Of a stretch of DNA of 55,779 bases, positions 48,444-55,779 are shown piece by piece. The stretch spans positions 1-55,779 of the forward strand of contig CAYUTG010000001.1 of the NCBI GenBank assembly GCA_964447555.1. Direction: 5' to 3'. Within the stretch, counting starts at the first letter, position 1. Each line of letters opens with the position of its first letter. A model generated the notes under the pieces. That model ran no database searches, was not told the origin of the DNA, and was given only the letters and a program-made list of their open reading frames with translations. Source of the DNA: an uncultured Marinobacter sp. GTDB taxonomy: Bacteria > Pseudomonadota > Gammaproteobacteria > Pseudomonadales > Oleiphilaceae. The position numbers and the translations under genes are program-made.

Positions 48444-49490
48444 TCAGCGATCCGTCAGTTTGATCTCAATGCGCCGGTTGGCCTGCAAGGCTTCCGGCGA
48501 GGTGCCCTCGGCAACCGGGAAAAACTCACCAAAGCCAGCCGCCACCATGCGTTTTTCCGGCACGCCCTGATTTGCCAGATAGCGAACCACGGCCACGGCG
48601 CGGGCAGTGGACAGCTCCCAGTTTGAGGGGAACTGAGGCGTGTTGATGGGAATGATGTCGGTATGGCCATCAATCCGCAGAATCCAGTCCAGGTCTTTAG
48701 GAATGGTCTTGACGACGTTCAGCAAAACACCGGCCAGTTTGTCGAGTTCGCGCTTACCCTCAGCGCCGAGCTGGGCAGAACCGGAGGCAAATAACAGCTC
48801 GGAAGGCAGCAGGAAGCGGTCGCCGACAATTCTTATATTTTCATTGGCCGCCAGAATGTTACGCAGCCTTGAGAAAAACTCAGACTGGTATTGCTCCAGT
48901 TCGTTCACCCGCTCGGCCAGCAAGGTATTCAGGCGCTGGGTGACATTGTCCAGCTTGTCTTCTTTCTCTGCCGTCACTACTTTTTGCAGCTTCAGTGCCG
49001 CGGTTATTTGTCGCAACTGGCCTCGCAGTGCCGCGATCTGGTTGGACAGCCGCATAATCATGGCTTGCTGGCTGTCTGACAGTTCGTTTTTGTTGTCCAG
49101 CTCCTGATTCATGCTTGCCAGCCGCTCGGCGCGGGCATCGGCTTCAGCGGCCTGGCGCATCAACTGATTGCGGGATGTCTCCAGCCGTTCCTGAAGATCT
49201 TCGTTAAGGGCCTGGCTGTCACTGAAATCACGTTGAAGACTGAGCATCTGCTGCTCCAGTGTTTCAGTTTTGTCCTTTTCCAGCCCCAGTAGCTGGGAGA
49301 TGTCGTCCAGTTGCTGATGCAGCCGTGCCAGCTCGGAATTCCGGTCAGACAGTGTCTGAGACAGGTACAGCTGGCTCACCACATACACCAGCAGCATGAA
49401 GATCACCAGCATCAGCAGGGCAGAGAGTGCGTCTACGTACCCCGGCCAGACATTGATGTTGCTGCGGTTTCGGTGTCTTGATCCACTCAT
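48444..49490 (-). CDS. MotB-like protein: Asp-containing TM, long coiled coil, OmpA-like peptidoglycan-binding domain
   Basis: WPGYVDALSALLMLVIF; heptad-rich residues about 40-205; LFASGSA, DGHTD, NWELSTARA, NRRIEI. Confidence 0.85.
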   Translation of the reverse strand: MSGSRHRNRSNINVWPGYVDALSALLMLVIFMLLVYVVSQLYLSQTLSDRNSELARLHQQLDDISQLLGLEKDKTETLEQQMLSLQRDFSDSQALNEDLQERLETSRNQLMRQAAEADARAERLASMNQELDNKNELSDSQQAMIMRLSNQIAALRGQLRQITAALKLQKVVTAEKEDKLDNVTQRLNTLLAERVNELEQYQSEFFSRLRNILAANENIRIVGDRFLLPSELLFASGSAQLGAEGKRELDKLAGVLLNVVKTIPKDLDWILRIDGHTDIIPINTPQFPSNWELSTARAVAVVRYLANQGVPEKRMVAAGFGEFFPVAEGTSPEALQANRRIEIKLTDR

Positions 49491-50215
49491 GGCTGCTGTT
49501 CGTTGCTGTTAAACGGGTCGACCAGATTGGTTACGCCGGTCAGCCATTCTTCCAGCCCGTCATAAAACCGGTTCTGGGCATGGCCGGCCTGAATATCCAG
49601 AAAGCCCAGAATAAGTGAGCCGCCAAGTCCGAACAGAGATGAACTGAAGGCGGTACCCATGCCCTGCAAGGGGGTTAACAGCCCGGCCTGAAGATCGGCA
49701 AATATTTTGCCAAAATCACCGTTGCCCATGTCCAGGTTGGTGATCACCTCACCCACAGCGTTGATGGTGCCAAGCAGGCCCCAGAAGGTGCCCAGCAGCC
49801 CCAGGAAAACCAGCAGGCTGATGAAATAGCGGGAAATCTCGCGCTGCTCGTCCATTCGGGAATGAATGCCATCCAGAACGGTGCGCAGAGACAGGGTGGA
49901 CAGGGTGAACCGGTCGCGTTTGGCTTCTTCGCCCAGTTGCCTGGCCAGTGGCTTCAGCAGGCGTGGTTCCTGCAACACGGACAGGCCGGAATGGCCGGTG
50001 CGGAACTGGGAAATCCAGCGCAGTTCGGGAAACAGGACAAACACCTGGCGATAGGTCAGCCCGATACCAACAATCAGTACGCACAGTATCAGCAGGTTAA
50101 AAACCCAGTTGGCCATAAACGCTGAGATCAGCGGTTTGTGGATCAGAATGCCAACAGTGGCCACAATCACCAGAAACAGGGTCATCCAGAAAAGGGTGTG
50201 TTTTGGATTGCTCAT
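49487..50215 (-). CDS. MotA/TolQ/ExbB ion-channel family protein
   Basis: LGLLGTFWGL and GMGTAFSSSLFGL helices; 4-nt overlap with the MotB-like gene. Confidence 0.85.
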   Translation of the reverse strand: MSNPKHTLFWMTLFLVIVATVGILIHKPLISAFMANWVFNLLILCVLIVGIGLTYRQVFVLFPELRWISQFRTGHSGLSVLQEPRLLKPLARQLGEEAKRDRFTLSTLSLRTVLDGIHSRMDEQREISRYFISLLVFLGLLGTFWGLLGTINAVGEVITNLDMGNGDFGKIFADLQAGLLTPLQGMGTAFSSSLFGLGGSLILGFLDIQAGHAQNRFYDGLEEWLTGVTNLVDPFNSNEQQP

Positions 50216-50301
50216 GAAGAAAGCCAGCCTTTTGAGATGTTCTTCAGAACGTTAGCACAGACTGGCGAATCCTGATGCTCACCTGGGAAAATTCTGCGAA
50301 G

Positions 50302-50340
50302 AAAACAGCCCCGGCAAGGCGCGTGCCCTGGCCGGGGGTT
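50302..50340 (-). terminator. Probable terminator after the DJ-1/PfpI gene
   Basis: Minus strand CCCCGGCCAGGGC-acgc-GCCTTGCCGGGG followed by CTGTTTT. Confidence 0.55.
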
Positions 50341-50348
50341 AGCGGGCA

Positions 50349-51032
50349 TCAGGCTTCCTGAAGTGCCTGAATGACGGCCTTGGCCGCCCCTTCGGACGAG
50401 GCCGGGTTCTGGCCGGTAATCAGTTTGTCATCCACCACAATGTGTGGTGCCCAGTCGTCGCCACGGGAATAGTTGGCCGATTTTTCTTTCAGCATGTCTT
50501 CCAGTAAAAAAGGCACAATACCGCTCAGGCCAACGGCTTCTTCCTCGCTGTTACTGAAGCCGGTCACATTCCGGCCTCCCACCAGGTTCTGGCCCGGCTT
50601 GATCTCGACATTCCTGAAGACGGCCGGTGCGTGGCACACAGCACCAATCACCTTGTCCTGCTCCCAGGCCGCTTTCAGCAGGGCGGCAGAGGTGTCGTCA
50701 CTGGCAAGATCCCACAGCGGGCCGTGGCCACCCGGGTAGAAAATGGCGTCGTATTCACTCATGGTGACATCAGCCAGTTTTTTTGTGCTGGCCAGTGCCT
50801 CTTTGGCGTGGTCGTCTTTCCGGAAGCGCCGGGTGGTGTCTGTCAGGGCGTCTTCCGCTTCACTGTTCGGGTCTATCGGCGGCTGGCCTCCCTTGGGCGA
50901 TGCAAGGGTAAGCTGCGCACCCGCATCCCGGAATACGTAATAAGGCGCGGTAAACTCTTCCAGCCAGAAGCCGGTTTTATGGCCGGTGTCGCCCATCTGA
51001 TTATGGGAAGTCAGAACCATCAGAATTTTCAT
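50349..51032 (-). CDS. DJ-1/PfpI (Hsp31-like) type 1 glutamine amidotransferase-fold protein
   Basis: TGFWLEE, GGHGPLWDL, AVCHAP, ITGQNPASS. Start ATG 51032. Confidence 0.93.
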   Translation of the reverse strand: MKILMVLTSHNQMGDTGHKTGFWLEEFTAPYYVFRDAGAQLTLASPKGGQPPIDPNSEAEDALTDTTRRFRKDDHAKEALASTKKLADVTMSEYDAIFYPGGHGPLWDLASDDTSAALLKAAWEQDKVIGAVCHAPAVFRNVEIKPGQNLVGGRNVTGFSNSEEEAVGLSGIVPFLLEDMLKEKSANYSRGDDWAPHIVVDDKLITGQNPASSEGAAKAVIQALQEA

Positions 51033-51242
51033 AACGGAATCGTCCTTTTGATTGACGAGTGAATAGCACCTGTTGGGCGTGCCTGTAAGAAACCTTGTGT
51101 CAGAATAGGGCGAATTCAACCGTTCCCCACGCAGATCCTTTTGTACGCGACAATAACGTCTATACTGACTCGGGTACCTTCTGCCAGCCCGTAATGCGCG
51201 AACAACTCTGCGATTCTGGCCTGGAACGCACACGCTTTGACA

Positions 51243-53870
51243 ATGGAAACACGGCAAATGCTGTACCTGGATGACGATTTGCTAATCCGCCTTGCCCTTG
51301 GCTTTGCGGAAACCTCCAGTGCTGATATGGACCCCGTGATTGACCGGTTTCTGGAGACCATTGGCCAGGAGATTGGGGCGGATCGCAGTTACCTTTTTCT
51401 GATTGATCACTATACCCGCACACTCAGCAACACCCATGAATGGTGTGCTCCAGGGGTTACGCCGCAAAAAGATTCAGTACAGGATATTTCGTTATCGGTA
51501 TTCCCCTGGCTGGAAACCCAGTTACAGACCCGGCAACTGATTGTCGTTCCGGAAGTCAGTCATATGAGTGAGGATGCACTGGCAGAAAAGCAGGAATTTG
51601 AACGTCAGTCTATCCGTTCTCTGGTGATGGTTACCCTGAAATCTGAGGGTGCTGTAATTGGCTTTTTCGGGTTCGATTCACTGCATGATTCCTTCACAGA
51701 ATCAGAGCGTGCCTACACCAGCTTTAAACACTGCAGTGATCTGCTATCTGCCGCTGTGGCCAGGAAACTCTCTTCTGAGGGTGCTAACCAGCTATATCAG
51801 AGCCTGGTGCTGTTTGCGGATCAGTTTCCCGGGGTTGTCTTCCAGTTCCGGATGTTCAGCGATGGCACCATGAATTTTCCGTTTATGGGCTCGAAGGTTG
51901 AGGAAATGTTCGCGCTGAGCCCGAACTTGCTGGCCACAGACGGCCATCTGCTGATGGATCGTGTGGTAAAGGAAGACCAGAGTTATTACCACAGGGAAAT
52001 TGAGAAATCCCGCCTTAATTTATCGCCGCTGCATATGAGTTTCCGGGCGGAAAACCACCGTTCCGAAACCCTCTGGATTGAAGTAAAGGCGATCCCCCGG
52101 CGTTTGGCTGACGACAGCACCCTGTGGCATGGTTATTTTTACGATATTACACATCAGAAGCGCGCGGCCCGCCGGGTTCATCAGCAGGCCAGGCGAACCC
52201 GTGCGATTCTGGCCAATATTGCGGACGGGGTTGTTACCACCAACTCAAAAGGCCTGATTCAGACATTCAACCTGGCGGCTGAAACCATCTTCGGCTACAA
52301 GGCTCCGGAAGTGGTTGGCAAACGAATTGACCTGTTAATGCCTCCGTCGTTGCGAAGTAACCAGGCCAGTATTCTCGATGCATTCGGGCGGCAGAAGGCA
52401 TCGCGATTATCCAGAGAGGTGGAGGGGCAGCGTAAAAACGGTGAGATTTTCCCGGCTGAAGTGCGGGTGTCGCGTCTGGATGATGAATCCAAAGAGGTCT
52501 TTATTGGCGTGATCACAGATATTACCGAAAGAAAGGCCTCCGAAAAGGAAATTGCCCAGCTTGCCTTTTACGATTCGCTGACAGGGCTTCCGAACCGTCG
52601 GCTTCTGAGGGACCGCCTGGCTCAGGCACTGGCCACCAGTTTACGGGAAAAGAAGCACGGAGCCCTTGTTTTTCTTGATCTGGACGACTTTAAAACCATT
52701 AACGACTCTGCTGGCCATGCGGTTGGAGACCAGTTGCTGATTCACGTTGCCGAACGGCTTAGGGGTGTTGTCAGAGAGTGGGATACCGTTGCGCGGATAG
52801 GTGGCGACGAATTTGTGCTGGTTCTCAAAGGTTTTGCCGAAGACCCGTTACTGGCGGCTAATCAGATTGAAAAAGTGTGTGAGAAAGTACGGGACACACT
52901 GAACCAGCCTTACGCTCTTGAATGCACGGAATACACGGGTACGCCAAGCATTGGTGTTACGCTGTTTTTTGACCATGATATAACGCTGGAAGAGTTGCTG
53001 CGGCAAGCCGACATGGCCATGTTCCGGGCCAAGGAAGACGGCAAGAACCGTATTCGCTTTTTCGACGCAAAAATGCAGGAGCGGGTTACGAACCGGCTGG
53101 ATCTTGAGGCCGACCTGAGAAAAGCATTAACGCGCTCCGAGTTTCTGCTGCACTATCAGATGCAGGTGGACGAAACCGGCATGCCCGTAGGTGCTGAGGC
53201 ATTAATCCGATGGAACAGCCCGGGCCGTGGAATGGTGTCGCCCATGCGTTTTATTCCGCTGGCGGAGGAAACCGGGCTGATTGAACCAATTGGCCTCTGG
53301 GTGCTGGAAGAGGCCTGCCGGCAGTTGGTGCTCTGGAATGCCAGCCACCACCCTCTTTCTGACATCACCCTGTCTGTGAATGTAAGTGCCCGCCAATTTC
53401 ATCAGGTTGGCTTTCTGGACGCCATTATGGATATTTTACACGTGACCGGTGCCCCTGCCGGGAAGCTGAAAATAGAGGTAACTGAAAGTGCGCTCGCGTT
53501 CGATCTGGTTAAGGTGCAACAGACAATTGAGTCCCTCAGGCGGGTCGGCATAAGGGTTTCACTGGATGATTTTGGCACTGGCTATTCATCGCTGGGCTAT
53601 CTCAAGCGGCTGTCGCTGGATGAACTGAAGATTGACCAGGGGTTTGTGCGAGACATTCTGGATAACCCGAACGATGCAGCCATTGCCCGCATGGTAATCA
53701 GCCTGGCGGATGCCATGAACTTGTCAGTGATTGCCGAAGGGGTTGAAACCCGCCAGCAGTGCGATTTTCTTCTGGAGTTGGGGTGCCAGAGATTTCAGGG
53801 TTATTACTTCGGTCGGCCGGTGGCCTCTGATGAGTTTGAAGCGGTCGTTTCCGGGATGTGTCAGGTTTAG
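51243..53870 (+). CDS. GAF-PAS-PAS-GGDEF-EAL diguanylate cyclase/phosphodiesterase
   Basis: GAF (ADRSY, THEWC), PAS domains, I-site REWD, GGDEF, EAL, DDFGTGYSS and EGVE all intact; no TM seen. Confidence 0.93.
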   Translation: METRQMLYLDDDLLIRLALGFAETSSADMDPVIDRFLETIGQEIGADRSYLFLIDHYTRTLSNTHEWCAPGVTPQKDSVQDISLSVFPWLETQLQTRQLIVVPEVSHMSEDALAEKQEFERQSIRSLVMVTLKSEGAVIGFFGFDSLHDSFTESERAYTSFKHCSDLLSAAVARKLSSEGANQLYQSLVLFADQFPGVVFQFRMFSDGTMNFPFMGSKVEEMFALSPNLLATDGHLLMDRVVKEDQSYYHREIEKSRLNLSPLHMSFRAENHRSETLWIEVKAIPRRLADDSTLWHGYFYDITHQKRAARRVHQQARRTRAILANIADGVVTTNSKGLIQTFNLAAETIFGYKAPEVVGKRIDLLMPPSLRSNQASILDAFGRQKASRLSREVEGQRKNGEIFPAEVRVSRLDDESKEVFIGVITDITERKASEKEIAQLAFYDSLTGLPNRRLLRDRLAQALATSLREKKHGALVFLDLDDFKTINDSAGHAVGDQLLIHVAERLRGVVREWDTVARIGGDEFVLVLKGFAEDPLLAANQIEKVCEKVRDTLNQPYALECTEYTGTPSIGVTLFFDHDITLEELLRQADMAMFRAKEDGKNRIRFFDAKMQERVTNRLDLEADLRKALTRSEFLLHYQMQVDETGMPVGAEALIRWNSPGRGMVSPMRFIPLAEETGLIEPIGLWVLEEACRQLVLWNASHHPLSDITLSVNVSARQFHQVGFLDAIMDILHVTGAPAGKLKIEVTESALAFDLVKVQQTIESLRRVGIRVSLDDFGTGYSSLGYLKRLSLDELKIDQGFVRDILDNPNDAAIARMVISLADAMNLSVIAEGVETRQQCDFLLELGCQRFQGYYFGRPVASDEFEAVVSGMCQV

Positions 53871-53987
53871 TGGCTGCGCTATAACGGTAGGCTCGCACCC
53901 GGTGGTTGTTTGCTAGCTAACGGTATACACTTTCGGCCTTCAGTTCACTTTTATCCCTTTTAAGCCAACCGTCACAGAGGAAGAAGT

Positions 53988-54416
53988 ATGGCTATCTGGA
54001 CCCATAAGCCCGATCTTGAGCAGATGATGGAAGCCAGCAAGAATACGGCTGTTGCTCACATGGGCATTGAATATCTGGAAGTTGGTGAGGATTACGTTAA
54101 AGGCCGCATGCCGGTTGATGAACGCGCCGTACAGCCTTTTGGCATACTGCATGGTGGCTCATCGGTTGTGCTGGCTGAAACGCTGGGCAGCATGGCGGCG
54201 AACTGCTGCCTGAAAGACCCGGGCACGGTTGCCGTAGGCCTGGATATCAATGCCAATCACATTCGCCCGGTCAGTAAGGGCTGGGTGTATGCCACAGCAA
54301 AGGCCATCCATATTGGCAGCACCACCCAGGTATGGGAAATCTTGCTAGAGAACGAACAGGGTAAAACAACCTGCGTTTCGCGGTTGACCATGGCGGTTAC
54401 CAAACTTCCCAGGTAA
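53988..54416 (+). CDS. Hotdog-fold acyl-CoA thioesterase (YdiI/MenI/EntH-like)
   Basis: QPFGILHGG..LAET, GLDINANH, TQVW. Confidence 0.9.
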   Translation: MAIWTHKPDLEQMMEASKNTAVAHMGIEYLEVGEDYVKGRMPVDERAVQPFGILHGGSSVVLAETLGSMAANCCLKDPGTVAVGLDINANHIRPVSKGWVYATAKAIHIGSTTQVWEILLENEQGKTTCVSRLTMAVTKLPR

Positions 54417-54439
54417 TTCAGGCCATGCGCGGCCTGCGC

Positions 54440-54820
54440 TCAGTCAAACGAGGGCAGGTCGGGTTTTACAACCGGCTTTCCAGCGTCTTGCCAGGCATCA
54501 AATCCGCCTTCAACAGACTGCACATGGCGGTACCCCATCTCTTGCAGTGCTTTGGCACTCAACGCCGCCCTGCCTGAGGTTTTGCAGTAACACACAATCC
54601 TCATATTACGGTTTTCCAGTGCCGGATCGTTGCTGAATTTAAATTCCAGCATGCCTCTGGAAATGTTGATGGCACCGGGAATATGGCTGGTGCGGTATTC
54701 CTCGGATTCTCTTACATCAACCAGCAGATCAGCGTGCTCGATGGCCTGGTCTGCCTCGGCAAGTGTTACCTCCTGAATGTCTTTTTTTGCGGCTGCAACC
54801 AGATCCTGAGCGGTTTTCAT
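54440..54820 (-). CDS. Single-domain rhodanese-like sulfurtransferase
   Basis: DVRE..EY...HIPGA, active-site loop YCKTSGRA, GGFDAW. Confidence 0.9.
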   Translation of the reverse strand: MKTAQDLVAAAKKDIQEVTLAEADQAIEHADLLVDVRESEEYRTSHIPGAINISRGMLEFKFSNDPALENRNMRIVCYCKTSGRAALSAKALQEMGYRHVQSVEGGFDAWQDAGKPVVKPDLPSFD

Positions 54821-54898
54821 CAGAGCCTCCTGAAGTGAAACATCTGTAAACGGTTGGCTCAGGATAAGGTATTTCCGGGGTTTGCGTCACCCGCAGCG

Positions 54899-55178
54899 TT
54901 AATCCTGATGAACACTTTCAAGATATTGCTCCAGTTCGCCTGCCAGCCACCCGACGACAGCACCACCCTGAGCCTGTTCAGATTCCAGGGCGCTGAACAC
55001 CTTCCACCATTTTGCACTGCGGTGACGGACAGTTTTCAGTTGTAGCTGGTTGCCGCCGGTCGAACTGGTTGAGAAAGTTCACGAAGCGCTGAAATGTGAG
55101 GGGATTGTTCCGCAGCAGGTAAAAATGGCCAAGGTTGGCACCCGGTCGATGCTGGAAATCAATCTGCCCCGTAACTGA
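54899..55178. pseudogene. Two divergent start-less 3' gene remnants (possible deletion scar)
   Basis: Minus strand ...KWWKVFSALESEQAQGGAVVGWLAGELEQYLESVHQD* (stop at 54899). Plus strand ...SWLPPVELVEKVHEALKCEGIVPQQVKMAKVGTRSMLEINLPRN* (stop at 55178). Confidence 0.35.
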
Positions 55179-55282
55179 CCTGGCAAAATTGAGCGCTTAA
55201 AGCGTAACCTTGCCCGGAATCTGGACGAGTTGCCGGTAACACCGGCCATTTTTATCCGCAGTGTCGTTGGTTAAAGTTCTGT

Positions 55283-55492
55283 ATGAAACAGCCGATAACG
55301 GGTTATCACAAAGACGATGAAAATCACTGGGTAGCACAGCTTGCCTGCGGCCATAACCAGCATGTACGCCATGACCCACCCTGGGTCAACCGCCCCTGGG
55401 TCATCACTCCGGAGGGTCGCAACAACATGCTGGGCTTTGAGCTGAACTGTAAAAAGTGTGAGCAACATGCCCCGCCGGATAGCAGGCCGTGA
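55283..55492 (+). CDS. DUF3565-family small protein
   Basis: GYHKDDENHWVAQLACGHNQHVRHDPPW..RPWV...CKKC. Confidence 0.85.
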   Translation: MKQPITGYHKDDENHWVAQLACGHNQHVRHDPPWVNRPWVITPEGRNNMLGFELNCKKCEQHAPPDSRP

Positions 55493-55553
55493 ACAGTATC
55501 GCTGAACTATACTTCGGCCTGTTAACAATAATATTCACTCGCAGGAATCTGTT

Positions 55554-55779
55554 ATGGCCCTGAATCGCCTACGCATAAGAACCCGGTTATTGATTGCCAC
55601 TCTGGTACCCGTTCTGATAACCGCAGCAACCATTGCGTGGATAACGGCGAGTGAGATTCAGAGCAACGGAGAGGCTGAACTGCAACGCCTGGAAGCAAGT
55701 TTGCTGGATGCCCGGAAATCGGGCCTGAAAAATATGATTGATGCGGCGAAAGCCGTGGTTCTGGAAGCCAAAAATAATT
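55554..55779 (+). CDS. Methyl-accepting chemotaxis protein / Cache-domain sensor, 5' part (runs off the window)
   Basis: Manual translation MALNRLRIRTRLLIATLVPVLITAATIAWITA...LLDARKSGLKNMIDAA: TM1 followed by an sCache_2-like helix; AGGA RBS. Confidence 0.7.
   Translation, partial: MALNRLRIRTRLLIATLVPVLITAATIAWITASEIQSNGEAELQRLEASLLDARKSGLKNMIDAAKAVVLEAKNN

Noticed and set aside
48444-50215. Zorya (ZorAB) anti-phage system
   Set aside because: The A subunit is only 242 aa with no long cytoplasmic tail, there is no zorC/D/E, and the neighbourhood is housekeeping rather than a defence island.

Overview
A gene-dense core-chromosome window from a moderately GC-rich marine gammaproteobacterium (Marinobacter-like; inferred from gene content, not verified). 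No rRNA, tRNA, CRISPR array, integrase or transposase was recognised. In order it holds: MATE (partial), EamA and NSS transporters; a Met-rich secreted protein; a small leader ORF, a CBS protein and a two-subunit pyruvate carboxylase; glutaryl-CoA dehydrogenase; an OmpR-type two-component system with exported MsrAB; a DUF294 nucleotidyltransferase/exonuclease pair; a cobamide uptake and salvage cluster with a cobalamin riboswitch; a GtrA/GT2/ArnT envelope-modification operon with its own PmrA/QseB-like two-component system; a persulfide dioxygenase-like MBL; a PPDK-like protein downstream of gdhA; an AttEFGH-like ABC/lipocalin module; pomAB; a second, orphan MotA/MotB-like pair; DJ-1/PfpI; a GAF-PAS-GGDEF-EAL protein; small genes; and a partial MCP. 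The best candidate for a new system is the 108-aa leader ORF (3654-3980). It has an N-terminal hydrophobic segment and ends QGPP-SLV, and its last codons are complementary to the Shine-Dalgarno region of the downstream CBS gene. That is the architecture of a SecM/MifM/RAPP-type ribosome-arrest attenuator, here upstream of a CBS protein and pyruvate carboxylase. Other highlights: an in-frame TAA 34 codons before the true stop of gdhA, the orphan MotAB-like pair, a promoter motif shared by the TCS and msrAB, and two back-to-back 3' gene remnants near 55 kb.
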